The notes beneath the pieces were generated by a model. The model searched no databases and was not told the origin of the DNA. It saw only the letters and a program-made list of their open reading frames with translations. The position numbers and the translations under genes were made by a program. Below are positions 45,031 through 54,133 of a stretch of DNA of 64,000 bases, piece after piece (position 1 is the first letter of the stretch; each line of letters begins with the position of its first letter). Source of the DNA: an uncultured virus (IMG/VR IMGVR_UViG_3300049185_000041) (taxonomy: Duplodnaviria; Heunggongvirae; Uroviricota; Caudoviricetes); the IMG/VR virus record IMGVR_UViG_3300049185_000041, one strand, 5' to 3'.

Positions 45031-45654
45031 TCAGGGGGCCAAGCTGTGGATTCCGTCCAGCAGGATCGTCGCCTGTGACGAGTCCGGCAGCGGCGGCTCC
45101 ACCGTGATTAGGAACATGCCGTGGGCGTTGTCCGGGGCCTCGAAAACCACAGAGTGAACTTCTCCGGGACGGATCGTCCATGTCTCGCCGGGCATGTAGC
45201 TCTTGCCCGAGATGAAATCGACCATGCGCCCTTGGACGACGAAAACCGACTCCTCGCCGATGTGGGTATGGCGACGAATCCGGGTGCTGTTAGACACGCG
45301 CAGGTAGTAGGACGTGGAGTTCATCCCAAACTGATCGCCCATGATGTCGCAGCCGGGGAGAATGGTCAGCCACGTGTCGCGGATCACCGGCACCCGCAAC
45401 GGATTCACCGGCGGCCCGACGAAGGTGATGTCGATGATGCGGGTGTTCTCGGGTCCGGCCTTCGCGGCAACGGCTTTGAGGTGGGCTTTGACCAGCGAGA
45501 AATACTGGTTATCGATCGTCTGAATCATCCGGTCGTTCGACCGCTTGATGATGCTGCGCACGACGGTGAAGATGAACCCGCCGAAGGCTGCGGCACCAGT
45601 CAGCAAAGCCGCCCAATCGGCGGCCGTGATGTTGAACAGGGAGGAGACGATCAT
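45031..45654 (-). CDS. membrane-anchored cupin-domain protein
   Basis: N-terminal TM WAALLTGAAAFGGFIFTVV; cupin HTH..EESVFVVQG..IRPGEVHSV. Confidence 0.7.
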   Translation of the reverse strand: MIVSSLFNITAADWAALLTGAAAFGGFIFTVVRSIIKRSNDRMIQTIDNQYFSLVKAHLKAVAAKAGPENTRIIDITFVGPPVNPLRVPVIRDTWLTILPGCDIMGDQFGMNSTSYYLRVSNSTRIRRHTHIGEESVFVVQGRMVDFISGKSYMPGETWTIRPGEVHSVVFEAPDNAHGMFLITVEPPLPDSSQATILLDGIHSLAP

Positions 45655-45676
45655 GGGGAGAGACCGGATGGGTTTG

Positions 45677-46369
45677 TTAGGGAGGTACGAGTGATTTCTC
45701 GACGAGGCGGGCTTCGGCTTCGCGGCGACGGAGGAGACCGTCAAGACCTTTGCCAACCCAGAGGCGTTTCATTGAGCGGATGTGACCCGGAATGGCACGG
45801 ACATCCTCGCGTTGGATGTCGTCGCGAATCTGCCGCATCTCCAAGCGACTGCCGCCGGTCATCGAAGATCCCCGGTTGAAAACGATCGAGAGCAACGAAC
45901 CCTGCACATGCGAGTGCGTGGCGGTGACTCCGGGAAAGGTGTTCCCCGTGTCCTTGCCGAAGCGCGGCATCGTGTTCGCCGTGAATACGTCCTCGGCGGT
46001 CTGCCATGGCACGACGATCCACTTCAGGGCTGCCGCCTTCGGCTTCGCCGCAGCACCCTTCACCCCCGCGGCCGAGGCGAGCGCATTCCGCGATCCCTCC
46101 GGCAGCGCCTTCCAATCCATTAGAACCTGTTGGCGGGTGTTGTACCCGATGTCATAGCCGAGCCCGATGGTCACGCCAGACGCTCCTCCGGGCCATGTCG
46201 GGGCTTTCAGTCGCTTCTCATAGTAGGCCTTCCCGCCAGTCTCGAACTCGGTGATGAGATCGACCGCTTCGCGCGAGACGGACAGCGGGCCGGCGGAAGT
46301 CGTCGCGACCTTCACCGACCCGATGCCGAACAACGCACTCAGGATGATACCAAGGAAAGCGAATTTCAT
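45677..46369 (-). CDS. endolysin (lysozyme-like muramidase) with N-terminal signal/SAR segment
   Basis: LITEFE..PTWPGGASGVTIGLGYD..SIVFNRG..GLLRRREAEA; MKFAFLGIILSALFG. Confidence 0.85.
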   Translation of the reverse strand: MKFAFLGIILSALFGIGSVKVATTSAGPLSVSREAVDLITEFETGGKAYYEKRLKAPTWPGGASGVTIGLGYDIGYNTRQQVLMDWKALPEGSRNALASAAGVKGAAAKPKAAALKWIVVPWQTAEDVFTANTMPRFGKDTGNTFPGVTATHSHVQGSLLSIVFNRGSSMTGGSRLEMRQIRDDIQREDVRAIPGHIRSMKRLWVGKGLDGLLRRREAEARLVEKSLVPP

Positions 46370-46719
46370 GCGGCCATGCAGAGGCCCGCGACAATGGCGA
46401 GCACCGCCGCGGCAGTTAGGGAGATCTTGGACTGCTGGTCCGTGGTGAGGGCCTTCCACCAATCATCGAATGCCGATCCGACGATGTGTCGGTTCGCCTC
46501 GGGATAGGTCACCGCGAGTCCGAACCACACGAGGATCAGCGCCATGGCGAAACGCAGGCCGCCCATCGCGAGCTGGACCAGGCCGGTGACAACGAGGTCA
46601 AGCGCCGGATTGTCGTGAACCTGCTTGGACCCCAGTAGCAGGAACAGGAACGTGACGATGCTGAAGGCAAGGACGCCGATCAGCACCTCGCGCCAGTTGG
46701 ACAGGAATGTTTTCATCAT
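46366..46719 (-). CDS. holin-like membrane protein
   Basis: Three or more hydrophobic segments, adjacent to endolysin. Confidence 0.65.
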   Translation of the reverse strand: MMKTFLSNWREVLIGVLAFSIVTFLFLLLGSKQVHDNPALDLVVTGLVQLAMGGLRFAMALILVWFGLAVTYPEANRHIVGSAFDDWWKALTTDQQSKISLTAAAVLAIVAGLCMAA

Positions 46720-47360
46720 AGGAACCGGGGTTTAACGAGCAGGTAGGTGAGCAGAGCTGTCGAAATGGTGGTGAGCGTCGCCCAGCCGAAGAATCGCCAC
46801 TTCCAAGTGCGCTCGGTGGCCGTCTTGGCTTTCTCAGCCTCGACCTTGACCGTGGCGACCTGCGCGGCCTCGGCAGCAGCTTGCTGGAGATTGGTGAGGG
46901 CGATGATCCGGCCGTTGGCGACCTCGACGTCCTTGCGAAGGGCTTCCTTGTCGACTTCCCCCAGTTGGACCTCGATCGTCTTGTCAGCGACCGTGAGCTG
47001 CAAGGCCTCGATCGACTTCCGCTGCTCGGCCTGGATCCGCTCGCTCTCGGTGAGCGCCCGCTCGGTGGCTTTGCCGAGGTCAGTCAGGCGGTTCCACTCT
47101 TCAATGGTGGCGACCCGGCCGGCTTCGAGCGTCTTGAGCTTCTTGTTCAGCTCGTAGATCGACTGCTTGCCCTCGACGATTTGCTGATAGAGCTGCCGGT
47201 TCGACTCGGCGACGGGGCCGAGGTCGCGGCTGACCGGGGCCAGGTCGACCGGCTTGGACGCCGGCCGCACCGGCACCGTTGGAGCGATGGGCACCGCCAC
47301 CGGGGGCTTCTCCGCGCAGGCGGCGAGGAGCAAAGCGGTGATGGCGATGAGGGTTTTCAT
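46716..47360 (-). CDS. unimolecular spanin candidate
   Basis: Lipobox MKTLIAITALLLAA-C, Pro-rich linker, coiled coil, C-terminal TM FFGWATLTTISTALLTYLLV. Confidence 0.7.
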   Translation of the reverse strand: MKTLIAITALLLAACAEKPPVAVPIAPTVPVRPASKPVDLAPVSRDLGPVAESNRQLYQQIVEGKQSIYELNKKLKTLEAGRVATIEEWNRLTDLGKATERALTESERIQAEQRKSIEALQLTVADKTIEVQLGEVDKEALRKDVEVANGRIIALTNLQQAAAEAAQVATVKVEAEKAKTATERTWKWRFFGWATLTTISTALLTYLLVKPRFL

Positions 47361-49501
47361 GCGGGGCGATGTTTGATGTCGCGGAAACGTGCAGTCTTGC
47401 TGCCTCCGCTCGTGCCCGGGTACATCTTCACGTGCGACCACTTGCCCGTGTAAGTAGAATCCGTGGCGGTGCCGAACGCCACCCGGTTTGCTTGGAACGT
47501 GGCCGAGGTGTTCAGCCAGAGGTTATCGGAAAGCCGCTGGAGATACGCGCTGATGGCCGTTCCGACGCATCGCAATTCCAAGTAATACTCCTCGGACACG
47601 GTCAGGCCCACTGTGCGTTGGGCCAGCGAGGTAAACGCGAATCCTGTGGTGATCTTGCCGAGATAAACGTCGGTCGCGGTGATGTCGATCGTGTAGCCGT
47701 CGCAGGCGTTCGAGCCCACCCGCCAGTCGATCGTCCGCGTGCCGATAGACACGCTAGTGCTCCCCGCGAGTGTCGTAGGGAGCTTGACGATGCACGAGAA
47801 TACCACATCCGTGCTGACCATCGCCCCGCCTCCGTAGATGCCGTGGATCGAACCCTCGTTATCGGTTCCCGTGATATTGTAGGTATCCGGGTTCCGTGCG
47901 TCCCGGGTGATGAGGTTTGTCAGCGAGTTGCCGCGGACAATATCGAAAATGTTGGAGTTCTTGACATCCAACCGCGTAATCGCCCCGCTGCTCGCAAGCG
48001 TGGCGTTGCCGGCAATGTGCTGGGCGGCGACCCCGTTGATCACCAAATCTGTGATGGCTGCGGTGCTCTCCACGGTAACCAAAGCTCCAATCGGCTGGGT
48101 CTTGGACGAGCGGCGTTGGACCGTGGTGTTCCGGACCCGCATCTTCGACACTGTCGCATTCCCGCCGACCACGATGGTCGTGGTGAGCGGCGTGCTTTCA
48201 GTGCCGGTAGGCCCGAGCAGTTTGAGGTTGTCGATTGAAAGATCGGAAATCGCACACACGACACCCGTGCCGGTGGTGCCGATCTTGATCGGCGGAAAGT
48301 CAACGCCGGTTTGGTCGTAAGCCAACGTCATGTTGCGCAGGGTCAAGCTCTCGATCGTGGCCGAAACGAACACGATGGCCTGCTTGTACTGGCTGACCCC
48401 CGTGCAAGAGACGTTCACGCCATCGAGGACCACGGTGCCGATGTTACCTGCGCCGGCATTGCGCAGTGCGGTGGTGTCCTCGGTGTAGTTGTCGATCAGC
48501 AGCAAATGGCCGCCGTGAACCCCGGTGATGTTCCGGAGGGTGATGCGGTCGACGCGCGCCTGGCCTGACAGAATCCGAACTCCATAACGGCCTTCCGCGA
48601 GGTTCAAACCATCCACGATGACGTCATTGATCGGGCCGAAATTGGCGTAGGGGCCGAAGACGCTCGGGGTGACGCCGCCTTGGTGCTCAAGATCGTCGGC
48701 GTTGATGCCGACAGCATCGTCCCAAGTGCGCTCGTTGGCGTGGATGATCTGGATCCGCTCGCAGTTCCCGTTGATGTGGATCCCGTCGCGATTGACGACG
48801 CTGGACGCGCCGCAGTCGATGTGGGGTTCGCGGATCAGGACGTCCGATGCGTTGCACAGGTGGATCGCAAAGGTCCGTGGGTTCAGCACGGTCACCCGGT
48901 CGAGGGTGAGCCGCTCCACGTTGAAGAACCGCAGGCCGACGTGCCAGCCCTCCTCCTCGGAGTCGTGGTCCTGTTCGCCACCGTTTCCGTGCCAGATGCC
49001 ACCGATGACCTCGATGTCATGGTCCTTGGTGATGGCGTCGAAATTCGGGTTGGTTTCCCAGTCGGGCTGCTCTGCGCCCGCCGCATAGGATGCATTCGAA
49101 AGGATCGGGGCATTCGCGCCGTCAGGGAGCTTCGCACCGCAGCCGGGGAGCGTGTCGATCCGGGTGTTGGAGTAAGCGAGAAGTGATTTGGCGGTCACCG
49201 CCACGTCCCATGTGAGGTTCAAGGGGCGAACCAAAGCGAGGTTGAGGATGGGCTGGATGAGCGCGCTCTGGTCGACTCCTGTGGTTGCACCTGTAAGTGT
49301 CAAATCGGTGTCGCTGCTGATCACCGAAGAAAGAGCTACGTTCCACCGTCCTCCGGAAGCTTGGACCACCGCTGAGTTTCCATTCGGGAGCCGCAGAACC
49401 AGTGATTCTTGCGCCCGGTCGTAGAACAGGTCGACATTCCCCTGCGGCGGGGTCTCCGGCTTGGGGTTGGTGCGGAGGCGGAGGTAATCGGAAGAGTTCA
49501 T
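47357..49501 (-). CDS. tailspike/depolymerase (pectin-lyase-like beta-helix, GH28-like motifs)
   Basis: GGIWHGN, NRDGIHI, DDAVGIN, GVRI; beta-helix periodicity; lectin-like C-terminus. Confidence 0.8.
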   Translation of the reverse strand: MNSSDYLRLRTNPKPETPPQGNVDLFYDRAQESLVLRLPNGNSAVVQASGGRWNVALSSVISSDTDLTLTGATTGVDQSALIQPILNLALVRPLNLTWDVAVTAKSLLAYSNTRIDTLPGCGAKLPDGANAPILSNASYAAGAEQPDWETNPNFDAITKDHDIEVIGGIWHGNGGEQDHDSEEEGWHVGLRFFNVERLTLDRVTVLNPRTFAIHLCNASDVLIREPHIDCGASSVVNRDGIHINGNCERIQIIHANERTWDDAVGINADDLEHQGGVTPSVFGPYANFGPINDVIVDGLNLAEGRYGVRILSGQARVDRITLRNITGVHGGHLLLIDNYTEDTTALRNAGAGNIGTVVLDGVNVSCTGVSQYKQAIVFVSATIESLTLRNMTLAYDQTGVDFPPIKIGTTGTGVVCAISDLSIDNLKLLGPTGTESTPLTTTIVVGGNATVSKMRVRNTTVQRRSSKTQPIGALVTVESTAAITDLVINGVAAQHIAGNATLASSGAITRLDVKNSNIFDIVRGNSLTNLITRDARNPDTYNITGTDNEGSIHGIYGGGAMVSTDVVFSCIVKLPTTLAGSTSVSIGTRTIDWRVGSNACDGYTIDITATDVYLGKITTGFAFTSLAQRTVGLTVSEEYYLELRCVGTAISAYLQRLSDNLWLNTSATFQANRVAFGTATDSTYTGKWSHVKMYPGTSGGSKTARFRDIKHRPA

Positions 49502-49525
49502 GGCGGGAGAAAATTGCGGAAGTCT

Positions 49526-50116
49526 TTAACGAACGCGGCGGGCCGAAACGCTGCCGAACCCGTCAACTGCGCCGGCGGAATAGCTGATCTGACCGACCAA
49601 ATAGACGGTCCCGTCCGCAGCCAGCGAGATGCGCTTGCGGGCTACCACCAGTGACGTCTTGGTGGAAGTGGTGGTCGTGCTGCGGTGGTTGTAGACCTCG
49701 GTCCCGTCGGCGACGAGGGACGCTGACGTGTGGATGCACGCCGTCCGGGCGGTGACCGTGGCGGCATTCTCGTCAAACGAAAACACCCCCTCCACGTCCC
49801 AGTCGCCGGCCGTGAGCGCGAGGGCAATGACCCCGGGTGTCGCGGAGGACATCACGAACGCATCCCCAAGCTCAACCAACGTGGTCTTGTATTCTCCGAG
49901 TCCGCCCGCTGCGGCGCTTCCGTTTCCGGGCTCCGTGGTCAGGTCCCCCGTCGAAACCGCGCCGCCGGAGGCATTGAACAGCACCTCCGCGTCGGCCGCG
50001 TTCTTCGCATGGATCTTCCCCGTTTCAGGGTCGAAGAACAGATCGACGAAGTTACTCCGGGGCGGACCTTTTTCGGGCGGCCGGGCATTGAGACGAAGGA
50101 AGTTCCAGGTGAACAT
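49526..50116 (-). CDS. short fibre/decoration protein
   Basis: GEY..LALTAGDWDVEG..RISL..TVYLV..SARRVR terminal domain; N-terminus resembles the tailspike's. Confidence 0.65.
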   Translation of the reverse strand: MFTWNFLRLNARPPEKGPPRSNFVDLFFDPETGKIHAKNAADAEVLFNASGGAVSTGDLTTEPGNGSAAAGGLGEYKTTLVELGDAFVMSSATPGVIALALTAGDWDVEGVFSFDENAATVTARTACIHTSASLVADGTEVYNHRSTTTTSTKTSLVVARKRISLAADGTVYLVGQISYSAGAVDGFGSVSARRVR

Positions 50117-50119
50117 CGT

Positions 50120-50347
50120 TTATTCGAACGGGATGCTGATATTCGAGGAGTCGGTGCGGTCAGGCATCTCGCCCATCTCCTCGGTTTCCTCCTCCATCAT
50201 CTCTTCTTCGGGCATCGGCATGCCGTCGAGGGCGGCGATGTCGAAGGTCCCGTCATCGGACGGCTGGATGGTGGCGACGACCTCGAACGCTTCGCCGGGG
50301 CGGGCGTTCTCGGGCATCGGGAAACCGTCGGGCAGGATGATTTTCAT
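50120..50347 (-). CDS. small acidic protein downstream of the capsid gene
   Basis: LPDGFPMPENARPGEAFE..ALDG + acidic tail. Confidence 0.65.
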   Translation of the reverse strand: MKIILPDGFPMPENARPGEAFEVVATIQPSDDGTFDIAALDGMPMPEEEMMEEETEEMGEMPDRTDSSNISIPFE

Positions 50348-50354
50348 TCAGGTG

Positions 50355-50391
50355 AAAAGTAAACCGGGGAGCCCCTTTCGAGGCTCCCCGG
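50355..50391 (-). terminator. intrinsic terminator after the major capsid gene
   Basis: CCGGGGAGCC-TCGAAAGG-GGCTCCCCGG-TTTACTTTT on the minus strand. Confidence 0.8.
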
Positions 50392-50400
50392 CGGAGAGGC

Positions 50401-51627
50401 TTACACGAAGAACGAATCGCCGGAGCCGAGATCGCTTTCGTCGCCAGCGGTGGACTCAGGGCAGGCCTGGGCACCGATGTCGGACGGGCAGCGGAGGTGG
50501 CGGATGACGATGCCGAACTCGGGGTGGATCGGCTTCGTGGCGCTCATGAGCAGCGCCCGGTAGAAGCCCCACGCGTTGTCGGGGTTGTAGTAGCTCGACG
50601 CCGAATCGACGTTCTGGACGTTGAGCCACTTGAAGTCGCCGACGTAGGTCTGCGGCTGGAAGCTGGTGCCGGAACCGACCGAGGAGATCGGCTTGGGGTG
50701 CTTGAACGCCATCACCGACGGCAGGAAGATCACCGAGTCCTGATATGGCGCAGCCATGTAGTCCGGGTTGAGCTTCTGCTTGACCCCGGTGGAAGCGGCG
50801 ACCTCGATGTAGGGCAGCACTTCCGTGTAGACGCCACCTGCGAAGGTGTAGCGGCGGGGCAGGTTGTCGATGGTGTGGTAGAAGCCGCGGAAGCCGCGAT
50901 CCACGCCGAGCGGCGAGAGCAATTCCGGGACCCGCTTGCCGTTCCAGAGGAAGGCATTGTTGGTCGCGTCCTCGCGCATGATGGCGTCCGAGGTCTCCGC
51001 GTCGGTGACGAGGATGAACTGCGGGCGGCCGTCCTGCATCCCCAGCGAGCCGCCATCCAGCTCCGCGGAGTTCTGGATGAGGTACTGGTAGTAAATGTTG
51101 AGGATGCGCTGGGTCAGCATCGAGGTGGCCGCGATGCCGGGGAAATCGCTGTCGTTGAACGGCAGGCCGTTGGCGGCGACGACCTTGTGCTCGGCGATGC
51201 GGGTGTATTCCAGCATGCCGCGGCGCTTCCACGTGTAGGAAACGACGTTGCGCAGGTTGGTGAACACCTTCGCGATCTGGTCATTGACCATGTAGGCGTT
51301 GCGGGTGTCGTTCACGCAAATGCGATCCGACTCCTGCGCCTTCTGGGTGAGCTGGTAGGTCCGCTCGGTGTTGCCGCGGGGCACGATGTCCGCTGTCGGG
51401 GCACACGAGTTGGAGTTGCTGTTGACGTCGACGTCGTTCCAGTCGTCGATGTTATCCGGCAGGTTGCGCTCGACGGTCAGGACGCGCTGGACGTCGGACA
51501 AGCCGTCGGTCCACTCTTCCTTCGGGATGAGCTTGTTCCAGACCGAACGGTTGATCGTGGTCTGGTAGATTTTTCCGGCGAGATTGTTCTCGTTGCGGGC
51601 GAGGCGGTCATTGAGGGCAAGGGCCAT
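50401..51627 (-). CDS. major capsid protein
   Basis: 408 aa, strong codon bias, portal-scaffold-capsid synteny, own promoter and terminator. Confidence 0.8.
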   Translation of the reverse strand: MALALNDRLARNENNLAGKIYQTTINRSVWNKLIPKEEWTDGLSDVQRVLTVERNLPDNIDDWNDVDVNSNSNSCAPTADIVPRGNTERTYQLTQKAQESDRICVNDTRNAYMVNDQIAKVFTNLRNVVSYTWKRRGMLEYTRIAEHKVVAANGLPFNDSDFPGIAATSMLTQRILNIYYQYLIQNSAELDGGSLGMQDGRPQFILVTDAETSDAIMREDATNNAFLWNGKRVPELLSPLGVDRGFRGFYHTIDNLPRRYTFAGGVYTEVLPYIEVAASTGVKQKLNPDYMAAPYQDSVIFLPSVMAFKHPKPISSVGSGTSFQPQTYVGDFKWLNVQNVDSASSYYNPDNAWGFYRALLMSATKPIHPEFGIVIRHLRCPSDIGAQACPESTAGDESDLGSGDSFFV

Positions 51628-51810
51628 GGTATAGTGCGGCCCACTGAACCGGGGCCTGGGTGTCTAGAAATTGAGGTGGAATGGCTCCGACAAGGGCACA
51701 TGCCCAAGCGGCTCAACAGTTCCTCCCCGGACCCAGGCGAGGCCGGCACGAATGCCGGGGTTTCTGTCCAAAATGGTTTCCGGAATTAGAAGTCCGGCCT
51801 TCGGGAGCGA

Positions 51811-51839
51811 GAATCACACTATTCCTGACAATCCGTCAA
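51811..51839 (-). promoter_or_regulatory. capsid gene promoter followed by a ~180-nt structured leader
   Basis: TTGACG-17 bp-TGATTC. Confidence 0.5.
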
Positions 51840-51849
51840 TGGAAATCTA

Positions 51850-51886
51850 ACGAACAGAGGCCCGCGGCGTGAACCGCGGGCCTCTG
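51850..51886 (-). terminator. terminator after the scaffold gene
   Basis: CAGAGGCCCGCGG-loop-CCGCGGGCCTCTG-TTCGTT. Confidence 0.7.
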
Positions 51887-51912
51887 ACACACGCAAACTC
51901 TACCCCGGAAAA

Positions 51913-53139
51913 TCAGCCGCCCTGCACGACCGGAATCGAGTGGGACAGGCGGGCCGCCGGTTCGGAAATGTCGAACAGGTTGTCGTCGTCACCTGCCGCG
52001 GCCGGAGCCGGGTCGACTTTCCCTTCCGATTTCGGCTTGAGATTGTTGGTCTTGCTGACCCGGGCCTTCAGTTCGGCGACCTCGGCCAGCAGCGCGCGGT
52101 TCGCCTTGATCAGGTTCGGCAGCTCCAGCGCGGCGGCGGCGGCGAATGCCTTGCTCCGGGGCGACTGGGAGTCGAAATCGACTGCGGCGAGCTTGTCGGT
52201 GAGCCGGGTGTAGCGGTCATCCTCGGTTTCGCCGTCGGCGATCGGGGTGAACGGGATTTTCTCGCGCATCGACTTCACCGCGTCCGAGGTGGCCGCCTTG
52301 AACTCATTGCGGGCGGTTTCCTTGGCCGCGGCGGCGCTCTTGGCGGCGAGTTCCTCGCGCTCCTTGGCCGTGGCGTGGGCATTCGCGCGCATCGAGTCCT
52401 GCTTGTCGAACAGCTCGCGGGCGCTCTTAACCATGCCCCAGCCTTCCGCTTGGTCGACTTGGTCCCAGCCCGAGGTGAGTTCCTTGAACGCGGCCCGCTG
52501 CTTGGCCGGATCGGCTTCCTGGACCATCCGGAAGAAAGCGTCGACATCCGTGCCTTCGTTGGACTTCACAAGGGTGTCGATCGCGGTGTCGAGCGCCTTG
52601 AACGGCTCGGTGATCGCCTTCTTGTATTCCGGCGTGGACTCGATCTTGTAGACCGCCATGTCGGCTTCGATGGCTTTCAGCTCCTTGAGCTGCTCCTCGT
52701 ACTCGGGGACCTTCGCCGCCTTACTGCGGAGATCAGCCAGCTCGGCTTCGACGGCTTTGAGGCGGGTGTCGCGCTCGGCGATGGCGGTGTCCTTCTCAGC
52801 GACCTGCGCCTTGTAGTTGTCGCCACGGGCGCGGAGCTTATCCCAGCTCTCTCGGGTCGCCTTCGCCGCGCTCGCCGGAAGCTCGGGGAGTTTTTCTTCG
52901 TCGCTCTCCGCAGCCTGCGTTTCGGCGGCCGGGTCTTCCTTCTTCGGCGGATCCTCTTTCGCCACCGGTTTTTGGTCGCCCGGCTTCTGGACTGGAAGGT
53001 CCTGCGTCAGTTCGGCAGCGAAGTCGGTGAGCAGGTCTCCGGCGGGGTTGTCGCTCGTCGAGGTGTCCAAGCCGGCATTGATTGCGGCTTCGAGGCTCCC
53101 CGGGTCGGCCGGGGGTGCTGGTGTTGCGGTTTCGGCCAT
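51913..53139 (-). CDS. capsid scaffolding protein
   Basis: Acidic disordered N-terminus, long coiled coil, upstream of the capsid gene. Confidence 0.7.
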   Translation of the reverse strand: MAETATPAPPADPGSLEAAINAGLDTSTSDNPAGDLLTDFAAELTQDLPVQKPGDQKPVAKEDPPKKEDPAAETQAAESDEEKLPELPASAAKATRESWDKLRARGDNYKAQVAEKDTAIAERDTRLKAVEAELADLRSKAAKVPEYEEQLKELKAIEADMAVYKIESTPEYKKAITEPFKALDTAIDTLVKSNEGTDVDAFFRMVQEADPAKQRAAFKELTSGWDQVDQAEGWGMVKSARELFDKQDSMRANAHATAKEREELAAKSAAAAKETARNEFKAATSDAVKSMREKIPFTPIADGETEDDRYTRLTDKLAAVDFDSQSPRSKAFAAAAALELPNLIKANRALLAEVAELKARVSKTNNLKPKSEGKVDPAPAAAGDDDNLFDISEPAARLSHSIPVVQGG

Positions 53140-53153
53140 ATGGATTGGTTATT

Positions 53154-54122
53154 TTATCGAAGGTGGCGGATGACGACCCCTAGTTCGGGGTAGACGGGTT
53201 TGGTGGCGGCGATGAGCAGCGCCCGGTAGAAGCCCCGCGCGTTGTCGGGGTTGTAATAAATGCTATCCGGGTCGTTGTTGGCGATATTAAGCCACTGAAC
53301 GTCCGCGAAGTAAGACTGAGGGTCCCAATCTGGGTTGTCCCTCTCGCGGACGGGTGGCGGGACCACGAATTTCATCACGGACGGCAGGAAGATGTGAGAG
53401 TCCTCGACCTGCGCACTGACCCATTCCGGATTAATCCGCAATTTCTTATCCTCTTCCAGATAGGGGTCGATTTCAACCCATTTGCAGTTCTCGATCTTCC
53501 ATCGGCGAGAGAGGCTTTCCGGACATACCAAAAACCCGTCACGGGGCGACTCATCTCCCGACATGAGCAGGAACCGCGACTTGCCTTCGACGATGTCTGC
53601 GGCTCCTCCATCTATGTTCGCGCCGTTTGCCATGAGGTAGGCATACGCGCCCCCGAGCGCCTTGTCGGTAAGCCTGTCTGTCGGCATCTCAACCGGGAAG
53701 TCCTCTGCCCCACGGAACCACTTATTGCCGAGAAACTTGTTCTCGGCCAGCCGGGTGTAGTCTATGATAGCACGACGTCTCCAACGATGGCCGATGATCG
53801 CCTCGAAACTGCGGACGGTTGCGGCGATTCGATCCTCATCGCGCTGTCCTTTCTCGACTGAGATCCAGTCGGATTCGACGGCAGCCTGTGTCAGGCTATA
53901 CGACCGGACAGTGCCCCCCTCCGCTAGGGACAACCGCTCTTGCGCATCCGCCGAAGATGCCTTGTCGAAATCTTCCAGAGGAAGGGTCCACTTCTTCCGC
54001 TTCACCAGCGTCAGCCACGGGGACCTGCCCGCAGGCGTCCCGGCAATAGATGAGGGTAGACCGCGAGCCGCTTCGGCAAGCCGTCGGTTGAGTGCTTCGT
54101 CAATTTCGATTTTCGTTTCCAT
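53154..54122 (-). CDS. second, diverged major-capsid-protein paralogue (322 aa)
   Basis: Collinear similarity to 50401..51627, e.g. YYNPDNARGFYRALLIAATKPVYPELGVVIRHLR vs YYNPDNAWGFYRALLMSATKPIHPEFGIVIRHLR; ATG at 54122. Confidence 0.85.
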   Translation of the reverse strand: METKIEIDEALNRRLAEAARGLPSSIAGTPAGRSPWLTLVKRKKWTLPLEDFDKASSADAQERLSLAEGGTVRSYSLTQAAVESDWISVEKGQRDEDRIAATVRSFEAIIGHRWRRRAIIDYTRLAENKFLGNKWFRGAEDFPVEMPTDRLTDKALGGAYAYLMANGANIDGGAADIVEGKSRFLLMSGDESPRDGFLVCPESLSRRWKIENCKWVEIDPYLEEDKKLRINPEWVSAQVEDSHIFLPSVMKFVVPPPVRERDNPDWDPQSYFADVQWLNIANNDPDSIYYNPDNARGFYRALLIAATKPVYPELGVVIRHLR

Positions 54123-54133
54123 GGCGTGGTCTG

